Assembly (NCBI GenBank): GCA_943371225.1
Contig: CALRUD020000002.1
Location: 142,832-206,831, forward strand
DNA from: Rhizobium sp. Q54
GTDB lineage: Bacteria; Pseudomonadota; Gammaproteobacteria; Burkholderiales; Burkholderiaceae_C
Direction of reading: 5' to 3'
DNA length: 64,000 nt
In this document: positions 49,045 to 64,000 of the stretch, piece after piece
Layout of the letters: every line of letters begins with the position of its first letter
Numbering within the stretch: position 1 is the first letter of the stretch
Position numbers and translations under genes: made by a program
Notes under the pieces: generated by a model
Seen by the model: only the letters and a program-made list of their open reading frames with translations
Database searches by the model: none
Told to the model about the DNA's origin: nothing

Positions 49045-50834
49045 CACGTGCACTGCTGGTGGACGACAAGCCTGAAAACCTCTACATGCTGCGCATGCTG
49101 ATGCAGGGCCATGGCTTCGAGGTGGAAGAGGCGCCCAACGGCGTCGAGGCGCTGATCAAGGCCAGGCAGAAGCGGCCCGAGCTCATCATCAGCGACCTGC
49201 TGATGCCCGAGATGGATGGCTACACGCTGCTGCGCGAATGGAAGGCGGATGCTGGGCTGCGCGAGATTCCTTTCGTGGTGTACACCGCCACCTACACCGA
49301 GCCCAACGACGAACGGCTGGCGCTGGAGCTGGGTGCTGACGCTTTCATCGTCAAGCCGCAGGAGCCTGAGGCCCTGATGAAGCGGGTGTTCCAGGTGGTC
49401 GATGCCACCCGGCGCATTGCCTGGCCGGCGAGGAAGCCGGTGGCCGGCGAAGAAGTCACGCTGCGGCTTTACAACGAAGTGCTGGTCCGCCAGCTCGAAA
49501 AAAAGAGCGAGCAGCTGGAGCGGCGCATTGAGGAGCTCACTCGCTCGGATGCGAGCCTGAAGCGGTTAAACCGGATTTATGCGGCGCTGACGGAGACCAA
49601 CCAGGCCATCGTGCACAGCAAGAGCCGCGACGCGCTGTTCAGCAACCTCTGCCGCATCGCCGTCGAGCGTGGCGGTTTTGCTGTCGCCTGGGTAGGAACC
49701 ATGGACGCCGCCTCCGGCAAGGCAGTTCCGATAGCCTCATTCGGTGCAGAGCCCACCTGGCTCACGCAACACATCGACGAGCTGTATGAACTGGTGCCGG
49801 GTCAGTCGCCCATTGAGATCGCGCTCAACGAGGGGCGCATTTGCCTGTACACCGACATGGACACCGATGCTGCATTGAAGCCGATTCAGGAGGGGCTTCG
49901 CCGCCGGGGTCTGCATTCTGCAGTGGCGTATCCGCTGCGCATTGGTGCGCATGTGGTCGCCGCATTGAAACTGTATTCCGCTGAGAAAGAGCATTTTGAC
50001 GACCAGCTCCAGGCGCTGGTGACCGGCATGGCGTCTGACGTTTCATTTGCGCTCGAAGTCTATGAAATGGAAGAGGTCCGCAGGGAGGCCGAGGAAGAGC
50101 TGAGCCAGCTCAGTGCCGAGCTGTCGCGCCGTGTGGAGTCGCGCACATCGGAGCTACAGGCGGCCTATCGTGAGCTCGAGACCTTCAGCTATTCCGTGTC
50201 GCATGACCTGCGCTCGCCGCTGAGCACCATTCACGGCTTTACCAGCATGGTGCTGAAGAAAAACACCGACAAGCTGGACGCTGGTTCGATCTCGATGCTG
50301 GAGCGCGTGAAGACCAGCGCCGAGCGCATGGCGCAACTGATTGACGAGCTGCTTCGGCTGTCCGGCGTGTCGCGGCAGGAGCTGCACCTGCAGGAGGTGG
50401 ACCTGAGCGAAGTGGCCGGCAGGGTGGTCGATGCGCTGCGCCAGGCCGACCCAGGCAGACAGATCGAGGTCAGGGTGGCCCCCGGCCTGCGGCAGATGGC
50501 TGACCCGGGGCTGGTTCGCATCCTGCTCGACAACCTGCTGGGCAACGCCTGGAAGTACACCGGCAGGACAGAGCGGCCCGTGGTCGATTTCAGTGCCGAG
50601 CGCATGGGTTCACAGAACGTCTATGTGGTGCGCGACAACGGCGCTGGTTTTGACATGCAGCATGCCGACAAGCTCTTCAGGCCATTCCAGCGCTTGCACG
50701 GGGCGGAAGAATTCGCCGGCTCGGGCATTGGCCTGAGCATCGTCGAGCGCATCGTGACCCGCCACGGCGGGCGCATCTGGGCCGAATCCACGCCGGGGCA
50801 GGGCGCTGTTTTCCGGTTCACCCTGTCGGCCTGA
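49041..50834 (+). CDS. Cytoplasmic hybrid kinase: REC-GAF-HisKA-HATPase
   Basis: N-terminal REC (VDD, SDLLMP, VKP), GAF-like middle, then FSYSVSHDLRSPL, NLLGNAWKY, DNGAGFD and GSGIGL. No TM segments. Confidence 0.9.
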   Translation: MTRALLVDDKPENLYMLRMLMQGHGFEVEEAPNGVEALIKARQKRPELIISDLLMPEMDGYTLLREWKADAGLREIPFVVYTATYTEPNDERLALELGADAFIVKPQEPEALMKRVFQVVDATRRIAWPARKPVAGEEVTLRLYNEVLVRQLEKKSEQLERRIEELTRSDASLKRLNRIYAALTETNQAIVHSKSRDALFSNLCRIAVERGGFAVAWVGTMDAASGKAVPIASFGAEPTWLTQHIDELYELVPGQSPIEIALNEGRICLYTDMDTDAALKPIQEGLRRRGLHSAVAYPLRIGAHVVAALKLYSAEKEHFDDQLQALVTGMASDVSFALEVYEMEEVRREAEEELSQLSAELSRRVESRTSELQAAYRELETFSYSVSHDLRSPLSTIHGFTSMVLKKNTDKLDAGSISMLERVKTSAERMAQLIDELLRLSGVSRQELHLQEVDLSEVAGRVVDALRQADPGRQIEVRVAPGLRQMADPGLVRILLDNLLGNAWKYTGRTERPVVDFSAERMGSQNVYVVRDNGAGFDMQHADKLFRPFQRLHGAEEFAGSGIGLSIVERIVTRHGGRIWAESTPGQGAVFRFTLSA

Positions 50835-50960
50835 TCCGGCGGCTGCCGGCACAGCCACCGGCTCTGCGGGTGTGCGGGTGTTCCTTACAATCAAGCCGTT
50901 CGCCGCAGAGCCGCATCCATGGCCCTGCCGGCTCCCCCAACAAACCTTTTGCACACGCCC

Positions 50961-51485
50961 ATGGCCATCCTTCAGCTTGACGCCCTCCAGCCCACGATTC
51001 ACGGATCTGCGTGGGTCGCAGACAACGCCCAGGTCATCGGCGACGTGGTCCTGTCGGAAGACAGCAGCGTGTGGTTTGGCGTGGTGATTCGCGGCGACAC
51101 CGAAACCATCACCGTGGGCAAAGGCACCAACATCCAGGACAACAGTGTGCTGCACGCCGACCATGGCATGCCGCTCGTGATTGGCGAGAACGTCACCGTC
51201 GGCCACCAGGTCATGCTGCACGGTTGTACCGTCGGCGACGGCTCACTCATCGGCATTCAGGCGGTGGTACTCAACGGCGCGAAGATCGGCAAGAACTGCC
51301 TGGTCGGCGCGGGTTCGCTGGTGACCGAGGGCAAGGAGTTTCCGGATGGCTCCATGATCCTCGGCAGCCCGGCCAAGGCCGTGCGCCAGCTGTCGCCCGA
51401 GCAGATCGAAGGGCTGAAAAAAAGCGCCCAGCACTACATTGACAATGCCCGGCGCTACAAGGTTGGGCTCAAGAAGATTGCATGA
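50961..51485 (+). CDS. Gamma carbonic anhydrase family protein
   Basis: Hexapeptide repeats plus [15 protein letters not shown] and [10 protein letters not shown] motifs. Confidence 0.92.
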   Translation: MAILQLDALQPTIHGSAWVADNAQVIGDVVLSEDSSVWFGVVIRGDTETITVGKGTNIQDNSVLHADHGMPLVIGENVTVGHQVMLHGCTVGDGSLIGIQAVVLNGAKIGKNCLVGAGSLVTEGKEFPDGSMILGSPAKAVRQLSPEQIEGLKKSAQHYIDNARRYKVGLKKIA

Positions 51486-51513
51486 ATAACGAAGTGAAAA
51501 GCGGCGGAGCGTG

Positions 51514-52482
51514 ATGTCAGAACTTCACAAATTCCTCTTTGATGGTTTGCCCGTTCGCGGCATGCTGGTTCGTCTCACGGACTCCTGGCAGGAAATCCTC
51601 AAGCGCCGGCATGCCGCTGGCGGGTACCCGGTCGAGGTGATGCATCTGCTCGGCGAGATGACGGCTGCGGGTGCGCTGATGCAAAGCAATATCAAGTTCA
51701 ATGGCGCACTCATCCTGCAGATCTTTGGCGACGGGCCTGTCAAGCTCGCGGTGGCCGAGGTGCAACCTGACCTGAGCCTGCGCGCCACAGCCACCGTCAC
51801 CGGTGTGGTGGACCCGGGCAGCTCGCTAAGCCAGCTTGTCAATGTGGACAACAAGGGGCGCTGCGCCATCACGCTGGACCCGAAGGACAAGCTTCCCGGC
51901 CAGCAACCCTACCAAGGCGTGGTGCCGCTGTATGGCGATCAGCACGAGAAGATCGAAAACCTCAGCGAGGTGCTGGAGCACTACATGCTGCAGAGCGAAC
52001 AGCTCGATACCCGCTTGATCCTAGCGGCCGATGGCCATGTGGCAGCGGGGCTTTTGATTCAGCGCTTGCCGGTCAAGGGCGAGGGCAATCTGGAGGGCCA
52101 GATCGACCGCGACGCCAATGAGGACGAAATTGGCCGCAACGAAGACTACAAGCGCATCGCCATGCTGGCCGGCACGCTCAAGCGCGAGGAGTTGCTGACG
52201 CTGGACGCCGACACGATTTTGCGCCGCCTCTTCTGGGAGGAGCGCATCACCCGCTACGAGCCAGCTGCGCCCACGTTTGCCTGCAACTGCTCGCGCGAGC
52301 GGGTCGGTGGCATGCTGCGCAGTCTGGGCGTGGAAGAGATCGACAGCATTCTGGCCGAACGCGGTGATGTGTCAGTCGATTGCGAATTCTGCGGCGCCAA
52401 TTACACCTTTGACCCGGTGGACGCCGCTCAGCTGTTCACCAGCCAGACGCAGCAACCGCCGCCGCCCTCGACGGTGCAGTGA
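51514..52482 (+). CDS. hslO: Hsp33 redox-regulated chaperone
   Basis: YQGVVPL, YMLQSEQL and the zinc motif CNCS...CEFC. Confidence 0.93.
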   Translation: MSELHKFLFDGLPVRGMLVRLTDSWQEILKRRHAAGGYPVEVMHLLGEMTAAGALMQSNIKFNGALILQIFGDGPVKLAVAEVQPDLSLRATATVTGVVDPGSSLSQLVNVDNKGRCAITLDPKDKLPGQQPYQGVVPLYGDQHEKIENLSEVLEHYMLQSEQLDTRLILAADGHVAAGLLIQRLPVKGEGNLEGQIDRDANEDEIGRNEDYKRIAMLAGTLKREELLTLDADTILRRLFWEERITRYEPAAPTFACNCSRERVGGMLRSLGVEEIDSILAERGDVSVDCEFCGANYTFDPVDAAQLFTSQTQQPPPPSTVQ

Positions 52483-52506
52483 AGGCGAGCGGATTGATGC
52501 CCTGAT

Positions 52507-52965
52507 TCAGCCAGCGCTTTGGCGCTTCTGGATCAGATCGGTCAGCAGGCGGTGCTCGCATTGCGGGTCACTGCATTTTTCGCAGGCCCACACCCATAGC
52601 GATCGTGCGCCGTTTTTTGAAGGCATTTGCCGACCCTGCACGACGGCCACGTTGAAGGCAATCAGCTCAACCAGCTGATCCTCGTCCAGGCTATAGATCA
52701 CTTGGTAGGGCAGGCCCGCCTGCGAGAGTGCATCGCGAAACCGTGTGTGCTCTGCCACGGCGGCCGCCGAACCACTCGCCAGACCGATCAGGAGCACCGA
52801 GTCGCACAGTGCCAGTTGCGCTGGCTGTGCGGGGACGGCCAGAGGAAGCAGCTTGCCTTCAAAGCCTGCCCTTTGTGCAGCCGACTGGAGGCGCGTGGGG
52901 GTGTCAGGACGGGTTGGCGCTGGTGTGGGTGTGGTGTCGGCCACGCCGATGGTAAGGGGCCGCAT
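52507..52965 (-). CDS. Hypothetical protein with C-terminal CxxC..C motif
   Basis: Directly downstream of ftsB. Contains FRDAL...LPYQVIY and WVWACEKCSDPQCEHRL. Start 52965 or GTG 52983. Confidence 0.7.
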   Translation of the reverse strand: MRPLTIGVADTTPTPAPTRPDTPTRLQSAAQRAGFEGKLLPLAVPAQPAQLALCDSVLLIGLASGSAAAVAEHTRFRDALSQAGLPYQVIYSLDEDQLVELIAFNVAVVQGRQMPSKNGARSLWVWACEKCSDPQCEHRLLTDLIQKRQSAG

Positions 52966-52983
52966 CAGCGCCCGCGCAGCCAC

Positions 52984-53259
52984 TCAGGGCGTGATCTGGA
53001 CGAAGATTTCATTCGGCTTGACCATGCCCAACTCGCTACGCGCTTTTTCTTCCACCATTTCCAGTCCTTCCTTGAGGTCGCGAACCTCTGCAGAGAGCTG
53101 GTCGTTCGCGGCTTGCGCCTGGGCGTTCAGTCGGAGCTGCTCGTCGAGCTTGTGCTGCATCTCCCGCACATTGGGAATACTGCCCCGGCCGATCCACAGC
53201 TGCGCTTGCACCAGTGCCAGCAGCACAATCAGGATGGCCGGGATAAGGCGCGGACCCAT
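52984..53259 (-). CDS. ftsB: Cell division protein FtsB
   Basis: One TM segment, LWIGRGS, coiled coil and EEKARSELGMVKPNE. Follows eno. Confidence 0.93.
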   Translation of the reverse strand: MGPRLIPAILIVLLALVQAQLWIGRGSIPNVREMQHKLDEQLRLNAQAQAANDQLSAEVRDLKEGLEMVEEKARSELGMVKPNEIFVQITP

Positions 53260-53319
53260 GTCTAGGCGCAATTGAGGCTTTTCGTTGCCGAGCCCCAGGA
53301 TTTCGTATTCGGGGGCACA

Positions 53320-53346
53320 GCCCTTCGATACCTCAGGGCGAACGGT
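53320..53346. repeat. Half copy of the REP-like element
   Basis: GCCCTTCGATACCTCAGGGCGAACGGT, identical to 17711-17737, in the eno-ftsB spacer. Confidence 0.75.
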
Positions 53347-53472
53347 AGACCTGGGGCGCCTTCAAGGCCCAAGGTTTTTCCGCCGGGCCGCCCCAAGGAA
53401 AAATGCGCCCCACGCTCAATGAAAGCGGCAGCGCGCCGCAGGCTCGCAGCGAAAAGCGTGAGTGCCGTCACT

Positions 53473-55088
<1,616 letters not shown>

Positions 55089-55117
55089 GTGAGCTCCGTG
55101 AAGGGGACGTTTGCGGT

Positions 55118-59061
<3,944 letters not shown>

Positions 59062-59065
<4 letters not shown>

Positions 59066-59532
59066 ATCATCCGTCCGATACGCCTCCCAACGGGGACTTC
59101 GCGCGATATGTGGATCAACTGACCAGCCGGCCGGCCGCCGTGCGTCCACCGATGGATGGCCCCGTTGGCTCTGCGCCATCGGGCGACGGTACGTTTGCAG
59201 CCAGCGCCGGTATTCCGTCCGTAGACGAGCAGATCCGGCCCGCGGTGCTGCCGTCGTTCGGCACGCACGTGAAGTGGGTGGTCGTCCTCTGGATCGTTTC
59301 CCAGGCGCTGGACGCGTGGGTACTCGGCCTTGGATACGCCTTTGTGCCTTTCCTGGTTGTCTACATCGTGTGGGTGATTTTCCGGTTTGTGCGGCAGTCA
59401 CCAGTCGGGCTTGCCGCGCGGGCACGGACGCTTGCCGAGTCTGCCATGGCAGACATGGCCCGCAAGACCGGGGCGCCCAGGTCAACCGAATCGTTCAATG
59501 AGCGCGAAAAGTCGCGGAAAAAGTTACCATGA
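59062..59532 (+). CDS. Hypothetical membrane protein
   Basis: ATGA overlaps at both ends (coaBC stop and dut start). N-terminal [11 protein letters not shown] and two TM segments. Confidence 0.7.
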
Positions 59533-59975
59533 AAATCGATGTGAAGATTCTGGATTCCCGCATGGTCGGGAACCTGCCAGCCTATGCCACACCGGGCAGC
59601 GCCGGGCTGGACCTGCGTGCGTGCCTGGATGCGCCAGTGACCCTGGCGGCCAATGCGTGGCAACTGGTACCCACCGGTATTGCCATCTACCTGCACGATC
59701 CGGGCTATGCCGCCTTGATCCTGCCGCGTTCCGGCTTGGGGCACAAGCATGGCATTGTGCTTGGCAACCTCGTGGGCTTGATCGACAGCGACTACCAGGG
59801 CCAGCTCATGGTCAGTGCGTGGAACCGCAGCGATGTGCCGTTCACCATAGAACCGATGGAGCGCATCGCCCAGTTGATGATTGTGCCGGTGATGCAGGCG
59901 CAGTTCAATGTGGTGACCGACTTTCCTGCCACGCAGCGGGGCGAGGGCGGGTACGGCTCTACCGGCAAAGCCTGA
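59529..59975 (+). CDS. dut: dUTP diphosphatase
   Basis: [24 protein letters not shown] and [10 protein letters not shown] motifs. Confidence 0.97.
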   Translation: MKIDVKILDSRMVGNLPAYATPGSAGLDLRACLDAPVTLAANAWQLVPTGIAIYLHDPGYAALILPRSGLGHKHGIVLGNLVGLIDSDYQGQLMVSAWNRSDVPFTIEPMERIAQLMIVPVMQAQFNVVTDFPATQRGEGGYGSTGKA

Positions 59976-60201
59976 CACGCGCTGAATACGAAGCGGCCGT
60001 CGGAGGGGGTGGCGTCAGGCTTTTCCTACGGCCGGTGGCGCGGGCTTCTCACTCCCAAGCAGCATGCGCGCTCGCCAGCCGCGGGCGCTAACTGGCCTGT
60101 AATGAGTGCATGAGACACGCCATGCGAAAAGTGGCAGACAACAGTTCCGTTGCCTGCCACCGTTATGCCGGATCTCATGCGTTCACTCACAGGAGAGCCT
60201 C

Positions 60202-60744
60202 ATGCGCAACTTTTCACGCCTTTCACGTCTTGTCCCCGCCATTTCATCCGTTCTTTTGCTGGCGCTGACGGCCGCCTGTGCACCCATGAACACGCAGGGT
60301 GATTCGGCCTACCCGACATCGTCTTACCCGACACAGACTCAGCAATACCCATCACAGCAGTACCCCGCAGCGACCTACCCCAACGCACAGGGCAACTACG
60401 CCGAATATGGCCGCGTCAGCAATGTGGAAACGCTTCGTACGCAACAACCGGCCCAGAGCAGTGGCGTGGGTGCCGTGCTCGGTGGTGTGGCTGGCGCAGT
60501 GGTTGGTAGCCAGATCGGTGGCGGAACTGGCAAGAGCGTCGCTACGGTAGCCGGCGCGGTCGGCGGCGCGTTTGCTGGCAATGCCATCGAAAAAAGCCGC
60601 AACACCACGGTGCAGGAAAGCTTCCGTGTTTCCATTCGCATGGACAACGGTTCCATGCGCTCCTACGACGTTCCCGCGATGGGCGAACTGCGCACCGGAG
60701 ACCGCGTGCGGATTGAAAACGGTCAGCTCTATCGCGTGATGTGA
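60202..60744 (+). CDS. Glycine-zipper 2TM lipoprotein
   Basis: Lipobox TAAC, glycine zipper GAVLGGVAGAVVGSQIGGG and C-terminal LRTGDRVRIENG. AGGAG RBS. Confidence 0.85.
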   Translation: MRNFSRLSRLVPAISSVLLLALTAACAPMNTQGDSAYPTSSYPTQTQQYPSQQYPAATYPNAQGNYAEYGRVSNVETLRTQQPAQSSGVGAVLGGVAGAVVGSQIGGGTGKSVATVAGAVGGAFAGNAIEKSRNTTVQESFRVSIRMDNGSMRSYDVPAMGELRTGDRVRIENGQLYRVM

Positions 60745-60818
60745 TTCGGCTCTAGGGGAGGGGTGCCGACAGGCATCACCTCACCCACCTCACCGCCGAC
60801 GGATCAGGATCTCGCTGC

Positions 60819-61352
60819 TCAGTGCAGCGTGTCCTGGTCCGTTTTGCCTGGCGTGAGCGCTTCCAGCTTGAAGAAGCCAGTACCCAGAGTGCCCTGGCCG
60901 ATTTCATCGGCGGTGGCTTCCCTCACGGACTCCACCTTCGCGGTGAGTCGTATCGCAATACCGGCCAGCGGATGGTTGCCATCCAGCACCACGTGGTCAG
61001 GGTAGATGTCCGTGACCGTGTAGATGTGCTCCGCAGGGATCTCTGCGCTGGCGCCCGCAGGCAGCGCGGCACCGTCAAAAGTCATGCCTTCTTCGAGTTC
61101 TGCCGGAAACAGAGTTCGTGCCTCGAGGAACACACGGGTTTCGTCGTAGTCGCCGAAAGCGTTCTCGGGTTCGAGGTGCAGCTCGATCTTGTCGCCTACC
61201 TCATGGCCCTGCAGCGATTCTTCGATCTTGGCCAGCAGGTCATCACCGCCCAGCAGAAACTCGATCGGCTCGTCCAGTTCGTCGAGCACTTCACCCAGAG
61301 TGTCTTTGAGGACCCATGTCAGGGCGACAACGCATTGCGGTGTGATTTTCAT
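60819..61352 (-). CDS. slyD: FKBP-type peptidyl-prolyl isomerase (SlyD-like)
   Basis: LEPENAFGDYD, VVLDGNHPLAG and VREATADEI motifs. Confidence 0.82.
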   Translation of the reverse strand: MKITPQCVVALTWVLKDTLGEVLDELDEPIEFLLGGDDLLAKIEESLQGHEVGDKIELHLEPENAFGDYDETRVFLEARTLFPAELEEGMTFDGAALPAGASAEIPAEHIYTVTDIYPDHVVLDGNHPLAGIAIRLTAKVESVREATADEIGQGTLGTGFFKLEALTPGKTDQDTLH

Positions 61353-61366
61353 CCGACAATTGTCCC

Positions 61367-62560
61367 ATGGATGTCCACCAACCCCTTCCCCTGCTCGCTG
61401 GTCTCAGCCCGGCGCAATTCATGCGCCGTCATTGGCAAAAAAAGCCTTTGCTGGTGCGTCAGGCTATCCCCGGCTTTCAGCCATTGCTCAGCCGGACGGC
61501 ACTTTTCAGGCTTGCCGCACAGGCCAGTGTGGAGTCCCGGCTGATTGTTCATGAAGCACGCAAGTGGCGAATGGCGCAAGGCCCTCTGCCCGCCAAATCG
61601 CTGCCGCCGCTGAGCCAGAAAGCGTGGACGCTTCTGGTGCAGGGTGTGGACCTGCACGACGCCAGCGCGCATGCCCTGCTCCAGAACTTCCGGTTTGTAC
61701 CGGACGCGAGGATGGACGACCTGATGATCTCCTTCGCCACCCCCGGCGGCGGGGTCGGCCCACACTTTGACAGTTATGACGTGTTCCTGCTGCAAGCCAG
61801 CGGGCGTCGTCGCTGGCAGATCGGACGTCAGAAGGACCTGAGCCTGCAATCGGGTGTCCCCTTGAAGATCCTGAAAAATTTTGAACCCGAAGAAGAGTTT
61901 GTTCTGGAGGCGGGCGACATGCTCTATCTGCCGCCTCGCTACGCGCACGATGGTGTGGCGCTGGCGGGTGCCAAGGGCCAGGCGGACGATTGCATGACGT
62001 ACTCGATTGGATTTCGCGCGCCTGCCAAGCATGAACTGGCGGCCGAGTTGCTTCATCGCCTCGCCGAGTTCAGCGAAGAGGCTGGCGGCGATCTGGCGTC
62101 AGGACAGAGTCCCACAGAGCCTGCGCTCTATCGGGACAAGACGCAGGTAGCGACGGATACGCCCGCTGCGCTTCCCTCAGGCCTGGTCGAGTTTGCCGGC
62201 CAGGCCGTGCTGCAGGCCTTGAAGGATCCGCTGGCAGTCGCTTGCGCCCTCGGTGAGTACATGACCGAACCCAAGCCGTCGGTCTGGTTTGATGAGCCGG
62301 GAGGCGAATGGCATGCGGAAGCGGCCCGGTCGGGCCGGAGCCAAGTGACACTGGATGCACGCACGCGGATGATGTACGACGCCGCCCATGTGTTCATCAA
62401 CGGTGAAAGCTACCGCGCCAAGGGCGCCGATGCCACTTTGATGCGTCAACTCGCGGATGGCCGTGGCCTTGATGGCGCCCGATTGCGCGCGGCCAGTCCG
62501 GCAGCGCTCGGTTTGCTGGCCGAGTGGCATGATGCCGGGTGGCTGCACCAACTTTCCTGA
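61367..62560 (+). CDS. roxA: JmjC/cupin ribosomal oxygenase (RoxA/YcfD-like)
   Basis: HWQKKPLL.RQA, DDLMISFATPGGGVGPHFDSYDVFLLQ, GDMLYLPP...HDG and TYSIGFRAP motifs. Confidence 0.85.
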   Translation: MDVHQPLPLLAGLSPAQFMRRHWQKKPLLVRQAIPGFQPLLSRTALFRLAAQASVESRLIVHEARKWRMAQGPLPAKSLPPLSQKAWTLLVQGVDLHDASAHALLQNFRFVPDARMDDLMISFATPGGGVGPHFDSYDVFLLQASGRRRWQIGRQKDLSLQSGVPLKILKNFEPEEEFVLEAGDMLYLPPRYAHDGVALAGAKGQADDCMTYSIGFRAPAKHELAAELLHRLAEFSEEAGGDLASGQSPTEPALYRDKTQVATDTPAALPSGLVEFAGQAVLQALKDPLAVACALGEYMTEPKPSVWFDEPGGEWHAEAARSGRSQVTLDARTRMMYDAAHVFINGESYRAKGADATLMRQLADGRGLDGARLRAASPAALGLLAEWHDAGWLHQLS

Positions 62561-62580
62561 GGGCAGACTGCGGAGCGACC

Positions 62581-63108
62581 ATGGACACCAACAACCCGTC
62601 GATGACTGCCGCCCCCGGGGAGACCGGAGCGTTGCTGGAAGGGCGTTTTTCAGGGCGACAGGCGTTCACCGACCTGATACGTCAGGCGCTGGTCGTGGCG
62701 GCTGCCGAGGGCTGGCGTGAAATCATGGTGTCGGACCCGGGGTTTGAGGACTGGCCGCTGGGCGAACGGGCCGTGGCACAGGCGCTTGGCGACTGGGCAC
62801 AAACCGGACGAAAGTTCACGATGCTCGCGCAGAACTACACCGAACTGGCGAGGCGGCATGCCCGTTTCGTGACCTGGCGACGGACGTGGGCGCACATTGT
62901 CGAATGCCGGGGCTTGTCTTCGGCCTCGGCGGATGACATTCCCAGCGCTCTGTATGGACCTGGCTGGGTGTTCGAGCGGCTCGACCGGGAGCGCTGCATT
63001 GGCATCGCTGGCAGCGAGCCCGCGCGGCGCGTGGCCCTGCGGGAACGATTGAACGAGCGGCTGCTCAAGAGCTCATCGGCCTTTCCTGCCACGACCTTGG
63101 GGCTTTGA
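62581..63108 (+). CDS. Conserved hypothetical protein downstream of roxA
   Basis: DPGFEDWPLGE, RHARFV.WRR.W and C-terminal SAFPATTLGL. Host-like codon usage. Confidence 0.72.
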   Translation: MDTNNPSMTAAPGETGALLEGRFSGRQAFTDLIRQALVVAAAEGWREIMVSDPGFEDWPLGERAVAQALGDWAQTGRKFTMLAQNYTELARRHARFVTWRRTWAHIVECRGLSSASADDIPSALYGPGWVFERLDRERCIGIAGSEPARRVALRERLNERLLKSSSAFPATTLGL

Positions 63109-63400
63109 GGGTGGCTGAGGTGCCGAGTGGCTTGGGAGCTTGATGACCACAGCCTGCCAGCGATGGAATTCCGGTTCGCCTAGCGCTGACAGCGTAGTCA
63201 AAAGTCACCAATTCGGTGGGGATGCACGCAATGCTGTCCAAACCTAGGGTTTTCAGGGTTGCAATATCCGGCATATAATTTGCGGCTGGGTAGAAAGAGC
63301 TCGAGTCCTTTCCCCGGTCAAAACATGACCTGAATGTCCATTCGGCTTTTTTGACAATTTCCGGAAATTGTTTTCTTCAATACCACCAAGGATCTTAAAA

Positions 63401-63700
63401 ATGAACAAATCCCTCGCTCTGGCAGCCATCATCGCTGCAGTCGCCCTGGCTGCTTGCGGCAAGAAAGAAGAAGCTGCCGCTCCTGCGCCAGCTCCTGCCG
63501 CTGCTGCCCCAGCTCCCGCACCTGCTGCCGAGCCAGCCGCTGCTGCCAGCGCTCCTTCCGCTGCTGACGCTGCTGCCGCTGGCGCTGCTGCCGCCGCTGG
63601 TGCCGCTGCCGGCGCTGCTGCTGGTGCCGCCGCTGGTGCTGCTACCGGCGCTGCTGCTGGTGCCGCCGCTGCTACCCCAGCTGCAAGCGCTGCCAAGTAA
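63401..63700 (+). CDS. Ala/Pro-rich low-complexity lipoprotein
   Basis: MNKSLALAAIIAAVALAAC lipobox, then KKEE, AP repeats and AAAG repeats. Confidence 0.8.
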   Translation: MNKSLALAAIIAAVALAACGKKEEAAAPAPAPAAAAPAPAPAAEPAAAASAPSAADAAAAGAAAAAGAAAGAAAGAAAGAATGAAAGAAAATPAASAAK

Positions 63701-63714
63701 TCACTTTGGTGATT

Positions 63715-63744
63715 AAAAAAAGCCGCCTTCGGGCGGCTTTTTTT
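63715..63744. terminator. Bidirectional intrinsic terminator
   Basis: AAAAAAAGCCGCC-TTCG-GGCGGCTTTTTTT between convergent genes. Confidence 0.9.
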
Positions 63745-63781
63745 CGTCTGCGAGTTCGGCCTTGTCGATCGTCAAGCTGGT

Positions 63782-64000
63782 TCAAACGCTCAGCCAGCCT
63801 GTCCCTTCTTCTGCCGTCGCAACAACGATGTCCTTTTGCGCGCATGACAGGGTGGAAGCCATGATCGCTCGCACCAGGTCGGGCTGATTGTTCTGTGCAC
63901 TGAGGTGTGCTGCCACCAGATGCTTGAGTCTGCCGTGCTGCACAGCACTGAGGATTTCCGCTGCAACCGCGTTGGACAGATGCCCGTGCGGCCCGGAAAT
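63782..64000 (-). CDS. MBL-fold metallo-hydrolase (YycJ/PhnP-like), C-terminal fragment
   Basis: Minus frame from 64000 reads ISGPHGHLSN...AAHLSAQNNQP...GTGWLSV*. Confidence 0.8.
   Translation of the reverse strand: MSGPHGHLSNAVAAEILSAVQHGRLKHLVAAHLSAQNNQPDLVRAIMASTLSCAQKDIVVATAEEGTGWLSV

Noticed and set aside
63480-63700. Tandem repeats as a CRISPR or VNTR element
   Set aside because: They are coding Ala/Pro/Gly low-complexity sequence, with no repeat-spacer structure and no cas genes.

Overview
A 64 kb stretch of high-GC betaproteobacterial chromosome, Comamonadaceae-like by gene order and protein sequence (inference). It is mostly housekeeping: nuoF-N, glutamate dehydrogenase, miaA, mutL, amiC/tsaE/queG, xerD, hslO, ftsB/eno/kdsA/pyrG, coaBC/dut and roxA. 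Small accessory blocks lie in between: two LysR modules, a Cds1-like cysteine desulfhydrase, a split AttEFGH/Rv0986-88-like ABC system, otnC/otnI, an Amt without GlnK, an orphan salicylate-5-hydroxylase-like oxygenase pair and a two-gene signalling module. The standout is a ~1.5 kb lower-GC island (about 16189-17688). It has integron gene-cassette architecture but no integrase: a GTTAGGC core site, a TIR/SEFIR-domain gene with an intact predicted catalytic Glu and a possible winged-helix tail, a compact attC site, then a DUF4440-like gene carrying a premature TGA. A REP-like hairpin marks one edge. I recognised no rRNA, tRNA, CRISPR array, transposase or prophage gene. All family assignments come from reading motifs by eye, not from database searches. 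Several starts were moved from the ORF track to more plausible codons.
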